From Raillietiella orientalis (lineage: Eukaryota), in assembly GCA_036172245.1 (NCBI GenBank), contig JAYWIR010000004.1, forward strand, positions 4,650,001 to 4,714,000: DNA of 64,000 nucleotides, in the 5' to 3' direction. The notes under the pieces are model-generated. The model did no database searches and had not been told where the DNA came from. It worked only from the letters and a program-made list of their open reading frames with translations. Both the position numbers and the translations under genes were made by a program. This document shows, in pieces, positions 26,401-41,400 of the stretch (the first letter of the stretch is position 1; every line of letters begins with the position of its first letter).

Positions 26401-29400
26401 TCTCTGTATCATCACGGCTAGCAATCAAAAGCGCAGCGATCTTGCTGGAAATTTTCTACGAGAACAGATTCACATACTTTCCAGAAATTCTCCCTTCCTT
26501 CCCGGTATTATGATCGTCTTTAGCTTTCGCGAGGTTTGCCGAACTCTTTGCTTCCTTCAAAATGGTGCAGTTCTTGAAGCATTGCTCTAGTGGGATGTTT
26601 GAAGATCCTAAAAGAAGTTTGTGTTAAGGACTCCTATCCACCGGCAGGAATCTTAGGAAAATTCTAAAGACACAATTCAAAATTGGAGTTATGAAAAAAC
26701 CCGAATCAAGTGGATCAACGAAAACAGAACAAGCAAGAGAGACTGCAACTGATCAACACAATACTACCAATGCATCTCGGAAGAAATCAGGTCGTAGAGT
26801 TGCCAATGTTTGCACTGGAATCCCCAGATTCGTATGACTCCAAATGTCACATTTACTTTAATACTTGACTCCCAGGTCAAGTACTCTTTGCAAGCATCGG
26901 AACACATTAAAATACCTTCCCAGATTAGGGAGAGAAAGAGGTGCTCACAGAGTCGTATGAGTTCTGCTCATTGCATCTCTTTATATCCTCTGCCCTCTCT
27001 GCTGCAAAAGAAAGTAAAAGCTGAACTACCGCTGTGAAAGTCTGTTCATCCTCTTCATCATGATTCTGTTGCAATTTTCATTTCCACCAAAGAAAAAAAA
27101 AAATAAGCGTCTTGTACATAATAAAATCCTGATTCCTGGTAATGATTTTTTTTTTTTTTTATTCATTGATAAGGTTCCTGCACGACATTTTTTGTATTGC
27201 ACATTTCGCCGGTTTGTTTGTACGAAACAGAAAAACTGCACATACAGTCAGTTTGTTCATACTACTTCACTTGCGTGTGTTAAAATCTATTTATTTACTA
27301 AATTCATGTGCTATAAAGAAATGGATTATGCATGGATTCCACATTTCTATCATGAATTATGTGTTTGGGGGAGAAATTACCTTGGGCTCTCCTCCAGACC
27401 CAACTAAACGTAAGCTGAAGATAAATGAATGCTTACACTTGTGATTTGATCACAAATAAGAATAGCAATTCATTTATTAGGGCTCAGATGGATGCAAAAT
27501 GAATTTCCCGATCCATAATAGCAATGATCATATAAGTATTAAAACGATTTTCGAATGCAAGAGAATCCTCGGAAATAGTGTATACTGCATGTACCTTGAT
27601 TGCGTCGTAACGCTTTCTTTCTTTTTTCTTTTCTTCATTATTTAGATCCTCCTGTTACGTTAGAAGTAAAGTCCAATGTTGAAAAATCAAGGAATGGAGA
27701 TGTCATCAGGATACAGTGCATCGCCAAGAATAGCAACCCTCCAGTTTCTCTGACCTTATCGGTAGACAGACAAATAATCCCATCGGAATCCTTAACAACA
27801 GCCGAAGAAATCGAATTTGGATTCATCACTTTGATTAATCAATCATTCACCGTCCGAACGGAAAGGCATTACCTTTCTATTTTATGTGCAGCCAAGAACG
27901 AAGTGTTCCCAACACCGAAAACTGCGCAGCTAATAGTGTCGGTACTTAGTAAGTGGTTTTTAACACTTTTTCGAGCAAGAATTTTGCTATTGTCTAAGGA
28001 ACCATCTAAAATGGTCCATAATCAGATTGCTTGAGTTGCTTTACTCTGATAAGGGGTACCCTGCATCTCGATTGGCATCTCAATTCTTTTACCGTTTAAT
28101 CATATCAGAGATTGCATTTGCTGAGGTACAGATTTTTCGGGAAAACATTTTCGTTTGAGACACTGTGGGAGATTTTAGTTCCACTTTCACACTGCGAAAG
28201 TTCCATGATACAAAGAAATGCAGAAGCAACGATTTCAAGCCGGGGATGAAGACCTTTTCCGTGCTTGCTTGGCTAAAATAAGCGTCCTGCCATTCTCCTT
28301 TCATGGTTATCGTCTTTTTCGGTTGACCTGTGTTATTTGTGTTAGTGTTCAAATATTTATTCGCGGAAGACAACTCCGTTTTCGGAAGATCCGTAAGCGA
28401 CGGATAGCTTTAACGTAAATGCTGTGTTTCTGAGAAATCCAATGCAAGAAATTGTTACGGACTTCTGAAGTCTTCCTAATCATTTTCTGGAAATTTGCGT
28501 GTGCCCATTTTGCCCTACTAGCACTGTTTATTTATTCGTTATGTCTTCAGCTACTGTTTTCCAAATGCAATGAAGATTGCTCACCACCCAGGCTTCGCTT
28601 AACACTTTGCTCAGACGTGTATCTTGCAAGCATCTCCAATCCTCCTCTGGCTTCTTCTGCTTTCCTCTGTTTCTATGGAAGCACGGATCTCGCAACCTTA
28701 TCTTCCTGCTGAGTGCTGCCTAAAGTTCATCCACCCGTCGTTGGGTGTCTGCCGTTCTCGCGTCACGTTATCGGGCCGAGCTTCATTTCGACCTGAAAGA
28801 GACTGGTCTGCCTTCTCTCCATCCCTGCTGCCCAAATACGTGACCCGGGGCTCGTTACGAGCACAATAGTTGTATTTTTAATTCCTCGTTCAAATACGGC
28901 AACGGAGGCACCTTTGTCTGTTCTCAACGTTTCTTTCCATGTGGGAATCAGAACGCACCCTGAATTTCAATAGCACTCTTCGATTTAATTGTGGATCATT
29001 TTGGTGATATTTGGAAAGATGCTCTGTTTCCTAAAGTGATTTGATAGCGCGCAAAAAAAATTAGCAGCATTCTGCAGGCATCTCCGATAGGATGTACACT
29101 TTGCGTCTGGTGGTATCACCAAACGCGAAGTGGAATGACCGATTTTAGACTGAAGCCTCGGGATGCGTTCGCGTACCTTAGGATCACGTCTCACGGTACT
29201 TTACTATGAAGCTGGATGACCTTTAGACTCGTGTCCGTTTTCTCCGATGAATAAGAGAGCAAATGAAACCAGAGTGAGGACTGGGTTGCGGCGGGATCTC
29301 GTAAGTGGGGGCTTTTCAGGAGAACTGCGCATACCGTCTCTTCACCTACATTTGCCTATAATTCACCATTTAGAGCTCCCTCGAAACTGGCGAAATTTTC

Positions 29401-32400
29401 ACGAGTAGAGCTTTAAAGATGCCCATAAAAGCAATGGCTAAAATGCAACGTTCTGCTCAGTTTGTTTTTCAGAGGGTTTTTTTCCGGCGTTCGGATGGTT
29501 TTGCTGGGACGCACTCCTTTGTTCCCAAGTTAAAAGAATCCTTCCCTATGGTAGGGTAATTTTGCATGAGCAGAGCTAGGCAGATAGACGTTGATGCATG
29601 TGGTCAAAAGAAAATGAAATGCAACTCGTTGTAAGAAGAACGCGTTCGATTCACAGAGCAGCTCCAAAACTTGGAACATGAGTTCACGGGATGTCTTCCG
29701 TAGTCATCGAAGTGCAATTTCCCTGCCTCTCTCTTTTCCTTGCGGGAATGCCTCTTGGTGAGCTGAACAGTCATGGTTAGTTTTCATAGATGACTTCACT
29801 TAGAAACTCTACATTAGGGCAAGGGATCTAAAGCAGAGAATGACGAGTCTTTAAATTTTTCTTAAAGGTTTTTTTCCCTTTTCACAATGCCAAACAGGTT
29901 CGTGTTTGACGGTCCTCAGTCGAGGAAAGAGCTTTGATTGATATCGATTCAGCACTGTGTGCCGTTGATAATTTGGAGTTGTATTCGCACTGTACAGAAA
30001 AATTGAAGATTCAGCGCCTTTCTGAGCAATGTTCTCTTTTGCTACATGAATCTCTCTTGTTCTCTCGTTCAGTGGGTTACGTTTGATATACCTTCACATT
30101 AATAGGAAATTGCTGGAAGTGTACTTTACAGACTTGGATAATGAGAATCCAAAGTTTGCAGTTTGTTTCACTTCACTACCTATTTAGGGAGAGATCGGTC
30201 CTAAATCAGTGAGTGACACATCTCGGCCAGTTGCGTTTCAAGAAACGGTTTCATTTGAAGATTTTTGAATATCCAAACCTGTACATTACTGTTTAGCAGT
30301 TGGATTTATTTTGAGAAAATCTGTACTTGTGCAGCACTTGATATCCTGCAGTGAGGTTTTCTGATGTTGCTTTTTATGTCTTTGTGACGTATGACCTATG
30401 AGTGACAGCTAAGAGCCATAGTAATTTGCAACCCATTCAACATTTGTAAGCTCTAATCTTAGTCTTTCTTCTAAGTTCACTCACTTCAGAAATTTGTAAG
30501 GAATTTGTAACTCTGCTGTTCTTGAAGCACAGGTACAAATCCTGCTTGTGTCCCAAACATTTCTCAGCCGACCACTATCACCCACATTTTTTGATTCCTC
30601 CAAAATTTGCAGAGCACAAAGGAAATTCTGGAATTCCATGAGCGGTTTCTATAGATTTGATTTTTAAAAGCTTTCGTTTTTGTTTAATTACATTGCTTCT
30701 TCGCTCATTTCATCATGAATACAAGAATAAAACATTGTGTCTCCAAGATTTATTATCATCTACGTCCCTTTACCTTGCGGTAATCGAGCTTCGTAGGGGA
30801 TGCTGCTCAATGCGAAAATTTGATAAGTGCAAAGACATGGGACAATCGTTATGATCACAAAAACCTCTTGACTATTGCAGAACTTCTCATTCCTTCTTCG
30901 GTAAACCTTGTGTTGGTGACGACTCATTTCTAAATTATGTTGGGCTCTTGTCGAGCCTTGCTCTGGGTTCTCTCTGAATACCATAAAGGTTCTTTCGCAA
31001 ATCCCTTTTTCCATCCGGTGCTTCCCTTCTAAACAAAGAATCAGGATCACCTGGGAAAATTGCAAGCAGGAAGTTCTGCTTGCAGAACTTTGGTGCCTGC
31101 TTGGTTCGATTTTGAAAAGTTCCCTCCCTATGTCGTGACAATTGGTTGCTCCTTCGTTGAAGAAATCAAGATAAAACTCAAGAGAGGAGAGGCTTCCTGT
31201 CATTCTTTTTGAATTCGGTGACCAACTCTTCCAAAGAGGAATGGTGAATCATTTGACAGCTTGCCCTCGTACCAACTCCATCCGAACTTCACAATTAGAA
31301 GACATTTATCAGCATGTGAAATTTAAAACTTCCATTTGCGAAACTTCCCGCTCCTGCACCGTTTGCGAGGGCGTGCATCATCGTTGGGGCGATCGCGTCC
31401 TCTCAGACGCTTATTTGCATCCAGGATCCTTGAAAAGGAAATGCATTCTCGGATGCTTCGTGGAGTGCTGACCCAAGAAAAGTTTCCTCTTGGCAAAAAA
31501 TACCCCCATTGCTCTAGGAGGGCGCCATAGGTGACCTTCCACCAGGCGTGGACGAAGGTCATCCATTGGCTGTGAGATCCCCACGGTGACTAGGGAGCAC
31601 TGCGTGGGTGAGCTTCCTCCGGAAGCTCAACGTTTCTCCGTTTTTATTAGGAACTTCTTAATCTTTCTGTTCCTCAATCCCATACCTTTCAATTGTGGAG
31701 AAGATATTAGCTGCATTACAAAACCGGTTTGCTGCTACACGACCTTGCAAAATGCACATGAGGAATGTAGATTCGTTTCATTTCCCATGCAGCGAGTGCC
31801 ATGGGAAATGCTGATTAGGACAACGTATTCCTTAGATTTGGCATCTGTCCCCTTAAGATGGCTCCTAAGAACGGCTCCGTTTTTTTTACGAATAATTCAA
31901 AACATGCTGAAATTTTTGAGCATTATCCCTGTCTTTCATGATATTCTTTTTCGTGTTTGCTAGGAGTAAGGTGAAGAGCACTCGAAAGCGAGATAAAACG
32001 GATTTTATTTTCTTATATGCTGGAAAAGAAAACTTCCTCTTCCATTGGAAACTTTGAGAATTTCTCTGTTCAGAAAACGTAATTGCTTAAGGCGATTATT
32101 TTCCAAATCTCATTGGATACAAGCCTGCGTTTTTCGCCATCGTAATTTCTGAATCTTTCTTTTGTGCCTTATCGAGTTTGCCAAGATTCGGGTCTATCAG
32201 ATGAGGAGCACTGCAAGAAAATAAACAACTCCACACAACATTTTCGGATAATTACAAGAAACAGAAGGAACTTTCCCGTCTTTCCCCACTATAAGTGCAG
32301 AAGCGTTTGCCGCAGTCTCAGCTCCGTCGCAGACAAAACTCTCGAAATTCGGTCGGCGTCCACTGCCGATAAACAGTGAGTGGACGGTTTGTAACTTTGC

Positions 32401-35400
32401 CACCAATAAAGACATTCTCCCTTCATTACCATTACTTTCCAATGGGAAACGCTCACAGTTTTCACCAAGCATGTGTGGCTTTCTGCTCCAAACAGGTCAG
32501 TCTCTCAAACGAAATCCAGATTGACTGCAAGCACCGCATTCAGATACGTTGATAAGGACCAGTTTCTCGAAAAGGAGCACTGATGAAATCAGTGGCATTC
32601 CTTAACCATCTCAGCAGAATGTTGCAAAGCACATTTGCTGGCCTTGATTACTAGGACTTGAGGAACAATTGGAAGATGCTTGATTTTCCCATTTGTCTTT
32701 GAAAAGTTGATGAGGTCGGCATGTAGGAAGTTTCGAGAGGGTCCAGAAGGAGAATTCCCCAGCTTCGTTGCTAGCATGGTGCCGTTGGGCTACCTGTTTG
32801 CAAGACAAAGTCGAGTCCAGGTAGCGAACTGAATTTGGTGAAGCGATGGAATATTGTGGTTCCCATTAACTGGAGCTCATAAACTTTGGTATTCCTTTTA
32901 GGTGGACTCGCTTTGAAAAAAAAAAACAAACTATCCGAGAACGTTCTTTCTCCTTCAAAAGCTTCAGTGAAATTTTGAACGCCATATTGAATGGAAAGCT
33001 TGATAAAAGTAAAGAAATGTGTTTCTACTAGTCGGTAAATGACTTCTCGGGAGTAGATTTTTTTTTTTTTTTGGAAGCAAGTGAATAGTTTGGAGACCAA
33101 ACTTAATTTATCTAATACTTAGCGACTCCTTAATAAATGAATAATTGAAATGATTGAAAAATGAAGGTATTGAAACAAGGAATTTGTCTCCCTTGAGGAA
33201 GTTACGAGTTTTCGAGTCACTGTACCAGTAGGAACTTTGCTCCCAGAAAGAAAATTTCTTTCTCTATTCGACAGCTATCGTGTTAAATCAAGAGATGCTC
33301 ATTTGAGCTAAAGTACGTTTTGGAATCCTGCCTTATAGATGATTTTCACTCACTGAAACGAACTTAAGCGTGATGCCAGCTAAAGGCCAGAGGTTCGTTT
33401 AATCTCAAGGTGCAGTCTCTCACAAGGCTCCAAGACTCCCGTTACCAACTGAGTTGAAAGGAGAATACTGCTCTACCAGCAGAAAGTGACTCCATAACTC
33501 TATTAACGCTCCATCGTTCACTTTTTCATACATTATGGTAGCGAACTCTTTTGCTGCCGGTGTTTAGTGAAAAGAACTCTAGAAAGGCATTGGTCGTTAA
33601 GGAGCAATGACTCAGCCAAGAGGCAAGTTCTCCATCACTGTGAAGGTGGGGTCCAGATGCAACGATATGTGCTCAAACCCCCGAAATTCATGATCAGTTA
33701 CGATCAGCGCCGCTGTGATTGGAAGAGAAAAAAAAAAAGAAATATCAATGGCTCCAAACGTTCTCAATCAACGCGTGCACTCTGCCATGTGTTTAAATTG
33801 TTTTATACGTGAGTGAAAATTTAAGATGGTCACATTACATTTTATGTCGGTTATGTAAATCGCGTATTCAAAAGTAGAGTCACTAGTAGTTCAGTTTGTT
33901 CTCGGTGATTCGAAGCATTTAGGCCATTTTAAATAGTGCAGCTCTTTTGCGGGATACACAAAAGATAAAGTATTTTGTTTCGAATGATGCAATGAAATAT
34001 AAATGATTATTCAAAAAATAAAATGACTGCTATACCCTTCATATGAAGCCCCTAGAAAGAATCCATCAATGAAATGCTTCATACCGATGCACTGCACTGC
34101 GAGTGCATAGCTGCGCGTCCACCAGTTAAATGATTTGAAAGATGAAATCAAAGATCTCGAAATATTTCTCGACATTTTTTCTTCCCATTCGTTCAGATGT
34201 TCATTTTGAAAGCAAGTCGAAAATACCAAACAGAATCAGTGGATTTATCAGTCGGTAGGCTCATGGCAGAATGCTCAAAAGAAAGCGAAGTGCATTAGCT
34301 GATGATTAATAATCCCAAGTAAAAATCTAAAAACTTCTTAGAAAAATTCATGGAAACAACGCACCGTGAAAGCTTGACAAATCGGATGACTCTAAAATTT
34401 TTCAAATCAAGCAAGGACTGAGAATTTTTTCTATTGAGAAAATTCCTGATGCGTGGTCACGAAATGACCTGTTCACGCCAAGGGGATGCACTCTGTCCAG
34501 ATAAATGGTTTTCCAACTACTTGAGTGCTCTTTGTGCCGGCAGTGTTCAATTCTGGGTGGAAAGCAAAGAGAGGAATTCGAAACCTCCTTTAAGCATCAG
34601 TTGAACGTGTGGTAACGAACGTGGGGGCCCAGAATTTGCAACACTTTCGGTTTAGAGTGTTCACAGTGCTGCAGGCGTTCCTGGAACATGACTTCGTTCC
34701 TCATCGTGGAAGCGGTTTAGTCTAAAGTGCAGGAAGCTTTCTTTCCGGTTCTCGCTACAGAACTTCAGGTACTTCGTTTTCTTGATCTCTTTCCTGTGCT
34801 GAATCCGAAATCCATCTTGCGCTTTCGTCCGTCGCCCCTGCCCAGCAATTCACGCTTTTGATCAACACGAAATTTCCAAATCCAGGAGGCAACCTGAAAA
34901 TTGAATTTGCAGCCCGTCGTTGAACTGCTTGTTTGGAATTTTTTTTCCCTCCTCTCCAGGCCACTCGTTGGCTCAGCTCTTCTGCGTTCAGCGCTCACAA
35001 TTTCCAGCCCTTAAAAAAGTGAAACTTGTACGAAATTCATTCCTTGCACCTTATGGAAATGCTTCATTGTGTCACGTGGTCTTGAGTGAGGATGCAGTCA
35101 GGAATCTGAACGTGAAAGTGCTGACGTAGCTCATTAACCTAGCCACTGAGTCAACGGATCGTTTCTTCTGAACGAACTAAGCTTTGCAGTCATCAAATGC
35201 ACATTTTAAGGATCCATATTTCAATGCGCATTATCTAGAAGCAGATGGAAAATGTAACGGATATGTGCTGTAAGGAAACAGGAAAAGATGTGTAAAAGGA
35301 TTTAATTTGTAAAGCATGAAACTGAGTCATTCTTAAGCAGAAATTACTGTATAAGAATTACTTGCTTATTTTGTAGGAATCATCAACCGAGCATTACGTA

Positions 35401-38400
35401 CATTTATTCAGATTTTCTTTAATAATTTCATCGTGAGGCAAAGGGGACCATAAGTCCTGTTCGTTATAATAAAATATCATCGATCAAATATGACAGTCAT
35501 GATAAAAGATCACTGATTATTTCAAATAGCTAAACTCCAGAATTTATCACATTTTCGAACTTAGTCCAGATCGTTCGCATCTTTCAAATCAGTTTTAAGC
35601 AGCAAGAAGAATACTTGAGAAACGGACGTACAGAACCGTACTGCAACATTCTGAGATACTTCCTTGTAAAATGACGATATAATAATTGATTGTGTTTTGT
35701 ACGTACACGTGTGCAATCCAGGATATCATAAATATCTAGGGTTTCACGGCAGATATTGCACCTTTAGATAAACTGGAAGCAAAAAACTGATCTCTCTTGC
35801 ATGGCCTCACTTTTTTGAGATCCACAGACCCAACTACCTCACTTTGCTGTGGGGGTTTTCCCCTGAAAAGTGACCTTTCCAAACATGCTGTTTCTTTGGA
35901 ATTGAAAGACGTTTTCATAACTGATACAACCTTGACGATGAGGATCCAAAGATTTGAATTACAAATGGGAAACTGATGTTTATTTGTTGATACAATTCCT
36001 AGGAACTTGAAGAAGAATTTTGTAGCAGCACTTGAAGATTCGATTCTTCTGTCACTCGTCTCTTACTGTCTCTTAACAAGTCTGAAAAGAATAAGCTATC
36101 TAAGTGAATGGAAAGAATAGCTAAGCATCTCGCTTACAGACTCGATGATTTAGTGCTTCAAAGGAATTTCCAAAGTTGTCAGAAAGCAGAAGGAAATGAA
36201 GTAAAATCCAGAAAGACGTCAGGCATACGAAGATTCAGCAAGAAAACGGGAGTATTAAATGAAAATATCCGGAACCTTTTGAATTGATGACCCAAAGAGC
36301 AAACATTTATTGGAATTAAAAACGAAATAATACATCAGTTTAGAGGAAGTTTGCATTCAGAACTCCAAATCAGATGACACGTCCCTAATGACAATGAAGG
36401 TCTAAATGGTCTAAATGAATGGTCTCAACTTTAAGTTGATTTCCATTCGAATGGCAGAGGAACTCAACTGAATAGTGAGAACACATCGTGGTGGATGAAA
36501 AGTACCAAGGAAGAGGTACCGGAAAATAAAGAAAAAGGGGAGGGCATACAAGCTAATAGCGTCTTGCAAAAACTCACAGATCAAAACAGAGCTTGGCTTT
36601 ATTCGGAAAGCAAAAATGAATTCCAGATGGATTCTTCGAATATCTTCTAGCCACCGAAAAAATTAAGTTTTCTTTTAAAAAAAAATGTGCCCATGTGTTG
36701 CAGTGACAACCGTATGAGATAGCCAAGGCTGTAATGTGTAGTAGCAACAGCCAATCTGCTAGAACAGGGGGGCTCTGCAGCTCATTTCTGGCTGCAATCT
36801 TGAATTAAAACGGTCGGTACACAACCAGGAATGAGTGAAACAAACCCTCATCTCAGAGTACGATTGCACTTCAGGAAAAATTACAAGGCAATGAAGCTGT
36901 CGCCTTGAGCTGGCGACAATTTGAAAATACCCAGGAGCTTAGTCTTGCGCTGCTGCCTCCTGTTTTCTTCACATCCATTTGCTTCCTTTTCTTTGGGAAA
37001 TCTTCTGCCTTTCGAATCAGTGATGTGCATTCTCGAATGAAGCCGCTCGCACCACTTTCTTTTGATTCTGTTCCATTCCTTCCCTTAGATCGTTTGTGGT
37101 TCATAGGTCGCCAATTTCCAAGCATCACCCGTGTGACGCACCACATTTTTAACAACCATTCTGTATTCTGAAAAATCAAAAAAAGCTTGACAACGTCAAA
37201 CCATTAAAAACTTTTTGCTCTGTTTCCGTTGAATATGCTTCACATTAGAACGTTATTACTGGAAGATGACCACTTGCAGCTGATACATGGATGAAAATCA
37301 ATACAGCAAATAGTGAATAATAGAAATCTCCATTCCATATGATCGCAGAACAGTATCATCAAGCTGTGTAGATCAGGAGTATACTATGAATGTCATAGAG
37401 AAACCGTGATCTTAATTGATTCAATTCGTTTCATTACCAGTAGACAAAAATGTTGCTAACTCTCATAGCCGTTAGCGATAGCTGCTTGCTTTCTAGGTGA
37501 GAGAATTGAGTTGTGTTGGGGAAATGACAAATAAACAAGCATCAGAACTGGAATTCAAGGGTGATGAAAGTCTGGGGTTGGATCAGATAGGGTTGCATAG
37601 CATAGGGTGCATTCTTTTTTCACGGTGAAATGCTGTCTTGTCGCTATTAACAACCAGTTTGAAACCAGCTGGAAAAGGCGCATCCTTCAGCACAAAAAAA
37701 GACAACTTGGTTGAGACAGATGAAAGTATGACAGTTTTGTTATGCCAGCTTTCTTCCCTTTTCTGCAGAAGATTAAATCTTTTAATTCCAGGAAGCCATT
37801 AGTATTCCACTGTCACAACCAGCTATATTATGCTCAGAGCGCATGTACGTATTATTCATCCTGCACATAGATGTCTTCGTACGCGTTTATCTACGCGATC
37901 TGCATTCACTCATGTATGAAGATACCTATAGATTCCTATATTACGTATACCCATTAATCGCCCTTCCTTACTTTTATGATGTGCACTAGTTATATAACGT
38001 ATATGCAATTATTGGTCTTTTGTTGCTAACATTAATTTTACCTTCTGACTGGCTTCTTCTAATTTGATTTGACTTGGGGAGCCATGAAAAGCTTGTGATG
38101 TAGCACGAAGATAAGATGCTGAATCTTTTGCCATTAACAGTCACAAGTTTCTTCACGAGCTGCAAAGATAGGAAATTCCCCGTCTGCAGCCATGTAGGGC
38201 GTTCTCTTTCTTTGCAAAATTCAACAGATGATATGGAAAAATGAAACTTTTTCTGATGACAGAAAGAAACACCATGAAAACTCAGGTTCGTTATTCCCCT
38301 CAGGGATTCACACTCAGATCAAGAACACTGGAAACTCCCTCTGAGGACTCTATGGTTCAAAGGCAGACTCGCGATACTGACAACCTGCTTGCATCTGGAG

Positions 38401-41400
38401 AACAGGGTGAAGATTTGTTGTTCTTATAGAAAGTCTTTTGGATGAAACTCTGAAGTTCCGATGATAAATTAAGGCATTAATCGCTTCATTAGGGTTGGTT
38501 CAGTAGAAAGAGAGCCTGCTCTTCGTTACCAGGAGCAGAGGACTGTTGTACCACCAGGCTATTGCATATGATGCATTCACTGGCTGCAGATGTGAAGCGT
38601 TGCAGTACGTTTTCATATTTTGGAAGTTACTACAAAGACCCTTGGATGATGGAGCCACTTCTCATTCTGTTGTAAACTCTTCGCCGCAATCTCTGACTCA
38701 AGCACTTGGCACTACACAACCATGCATTGGTCGCAATCTTCGAGTAGACATTCCCATCCCCCTCCTCAGCAAAAATCTTGCTCCTCGCGGAGCTATGCAT
38801 GATGAAAACCTCAGCTGTTAAACTTTTAATATGAGCACATAGGCCTTCAACACTATCTGAAGAGCCCTATTTCTTATTTACACTAATTAATCACATGTAA
38901 GAAGCATTCTGTGATAACCGAATTGCAGTTATGCTAAAGCATTGAGTAACTAACTGTCGCGAAGCGATGAGACTTTTGATCAAGGCTACAGAGGGAAAGC
39001 ACCCTGATCAATCAAAAGTTTAACAGAAGTGTTTTTGGGTTAAAAGGGTAACAGGATTCAGGAGATAACGATAGACACATTGTTTATCATCTTGGTTAGA
39101 GATTAAAGGTGAAAGAGTCAGACTACTAAAATACATTCGTTCTTGGATTCTGTGAGATTTACGAGACATACTAAGGACGTGTTTCTATACTGCAACCATC
39201 CTGAAGACCATGAACTTGAGTACTCTCTTGGTGCATCCACTGGAAGAAAAAAACACCAAAGAACAGAGTGAAATCAAAGCACCAAGATACTTTCACATGT
39301 ACTGAATGAGGAAACAACTTCTATATAGGAAGTGGCCAACGAAGAAGGTAACAGATGCAAGTACCTTTCTTATGCTCTGACATCTGGCGGTTGAAACGTC
39401 TGATGGATTCGTTCATCAATTGACGAAATAAAAACTCCACAACCAGGATGGGAAGACAGCGTAATCCGGTTGTGGTATCTAGAAATGGGAAATTTTAAAA
39501 GTTCATGAGTGAATTTACAGGATCACAGTCCTTCAAAGCTCCAGAGAATCTGGGATTCTGCGTTTGCGGGGGTGCTCTTAAATAGCCAGGCTGCGTGCTG
39601 GAAGCTCCGAATGAGCTCATCTTACCAAAAAAAAAATTCGACTGTGAAAATATTATGGGTTGAAAATTTAAAGCTGTGAGTCCGCTTTCTTGAGTCTGTA
39701 TGCAAAGGATGCAAATTTTCATCACTTTCCTTGCAGCTACTCATGATCGTATGAGAGAGCAAATGGTAGGAAGCATTTAAATGCAATGCTCTTTGGATTC
39801 GGGGAGCACGAAAAAAGCATATTCGATCTTCTGTAAACAAGTCCAACCTCAGAATCATAAATGGAATTTACTTTAGAAAAGAATGACTTGCAGTTCACTG
39901 GAAGCAAAGCAATATGCATCCGAGTGGCAACTGAAAGCAAAATTAATGTCGGTCCATCAGAAAATGGGTTTTCTTGAGAAAGAGCATCTGGCTCATAATT
40001 GACTCTGTTCTAGCCATCTGTGGCCTGACGATAATCATGACAGTTCTTAAAGATTTAGTTAGCTTCATGGAGTTTTTAACGTGAGTTTACATGTCAATCA
40101 TAGGCTGGTGCATTTTGGTTCTCTCTACTATCTATTTTTCTTTCAGCGCTAATAAACGCAACTTTGTTTAATGTCTTTTTCCGTGGTACCGAACGCTGAT
40201 CTTCCCAAAGATTGGAACTTTTTCCTACTATCCAGCAGCTGACTGTACACCACGCTAATAGAGTTTGCTTCCCGTCTGCATGTCTGGCCGTTGAATTTTG
40301 AATTCCTACGCAATGATGTTTCAGCGGTAATTTTTCTCGGAGAAATCTCCACTGGGTTCAGAGCCTGAGCACTTCCACCAGCAGTCCGGACGAGCACAAG
40401 ATCGGGCGTATTCTTTTCTAACTGGTCCATTCTTCAGCTGTAATCGGCCATTTTCCATGGACTTTAAGCTGTCTAGACTAGATCTGGGTGATGACTTCGC
40501 TTCCACCTCGGTTTTTAATTTCTTTCTTCTTTTCGCATGCCCGTGTGCGTCAAGGAGGAGGATGCAATTCCCACCCGGGCAGCTGCGTGAAGTTGGATCC
40601 TTCGAACTGGATGCTCTTTCGAGTGAGGTCTTCGGTTCGAGGAAAAAGAGTGACTTTCTAAGAGCATCGTTCTGGTCCTTCAGAGTTCGCTTTGGCATCC
40701 CGATGCGAATCGAAATGAATACATTTTGGTAGTTTCAAATAGAAAAGATAAATAATCTACGCCCACATACCTTTTTTCTTTTCTTTTGAATTACAGGAAA
40801 GAACACAAACCATGTTTCAGTACTGTTAACACCAAATGATTGTAGATCATGGAGCTATTGGTCCCTCAACTATCAACACAGTGATTAGGCATTTTCTGCA
40901 GACTTCTTCAGCTTTCTCCCCGTTTTCCCAAGGCCTTTTTAAACCTTTTTACTTTAGTGCGCTTCCAAGCAATACGAGTATAAAATACAGAATTTCTTGA
41001 ATATGGCCCATTTATACATGCTGGCGGTTCTTGCGCGAAGAGAAAGATCTGCTTTATGGTTGTCAGAGAACCGAGCTAATAAGAGGACATCAGACGTAGC
41101 AGTGTCAGTGACAAGGTAGCATTCGAGCTCCAGGGAGAGGCAGGGATCCACTCCTACTTTGCCGAATATTGATCCATTAGGAGCGACTGCGTTACCAGAA
41201 GTCAGCTTTCGTGTTCTCTCGTGTTTTGTTTTCGCTCGTACATAACATCAAGTCAGATGTGCATAACTCCCATCGAGACGAACAAGAAGATCGTGGCAGC
41301 AAGTTTTTCGAAGTTGCGCTCTCCTCTGTGGGGAAGCTGGACCGGAAACTCACGTTCCAAGCGATTCGCGAATTCGGAGTCTCTTCTCCACTAAGGCTCT

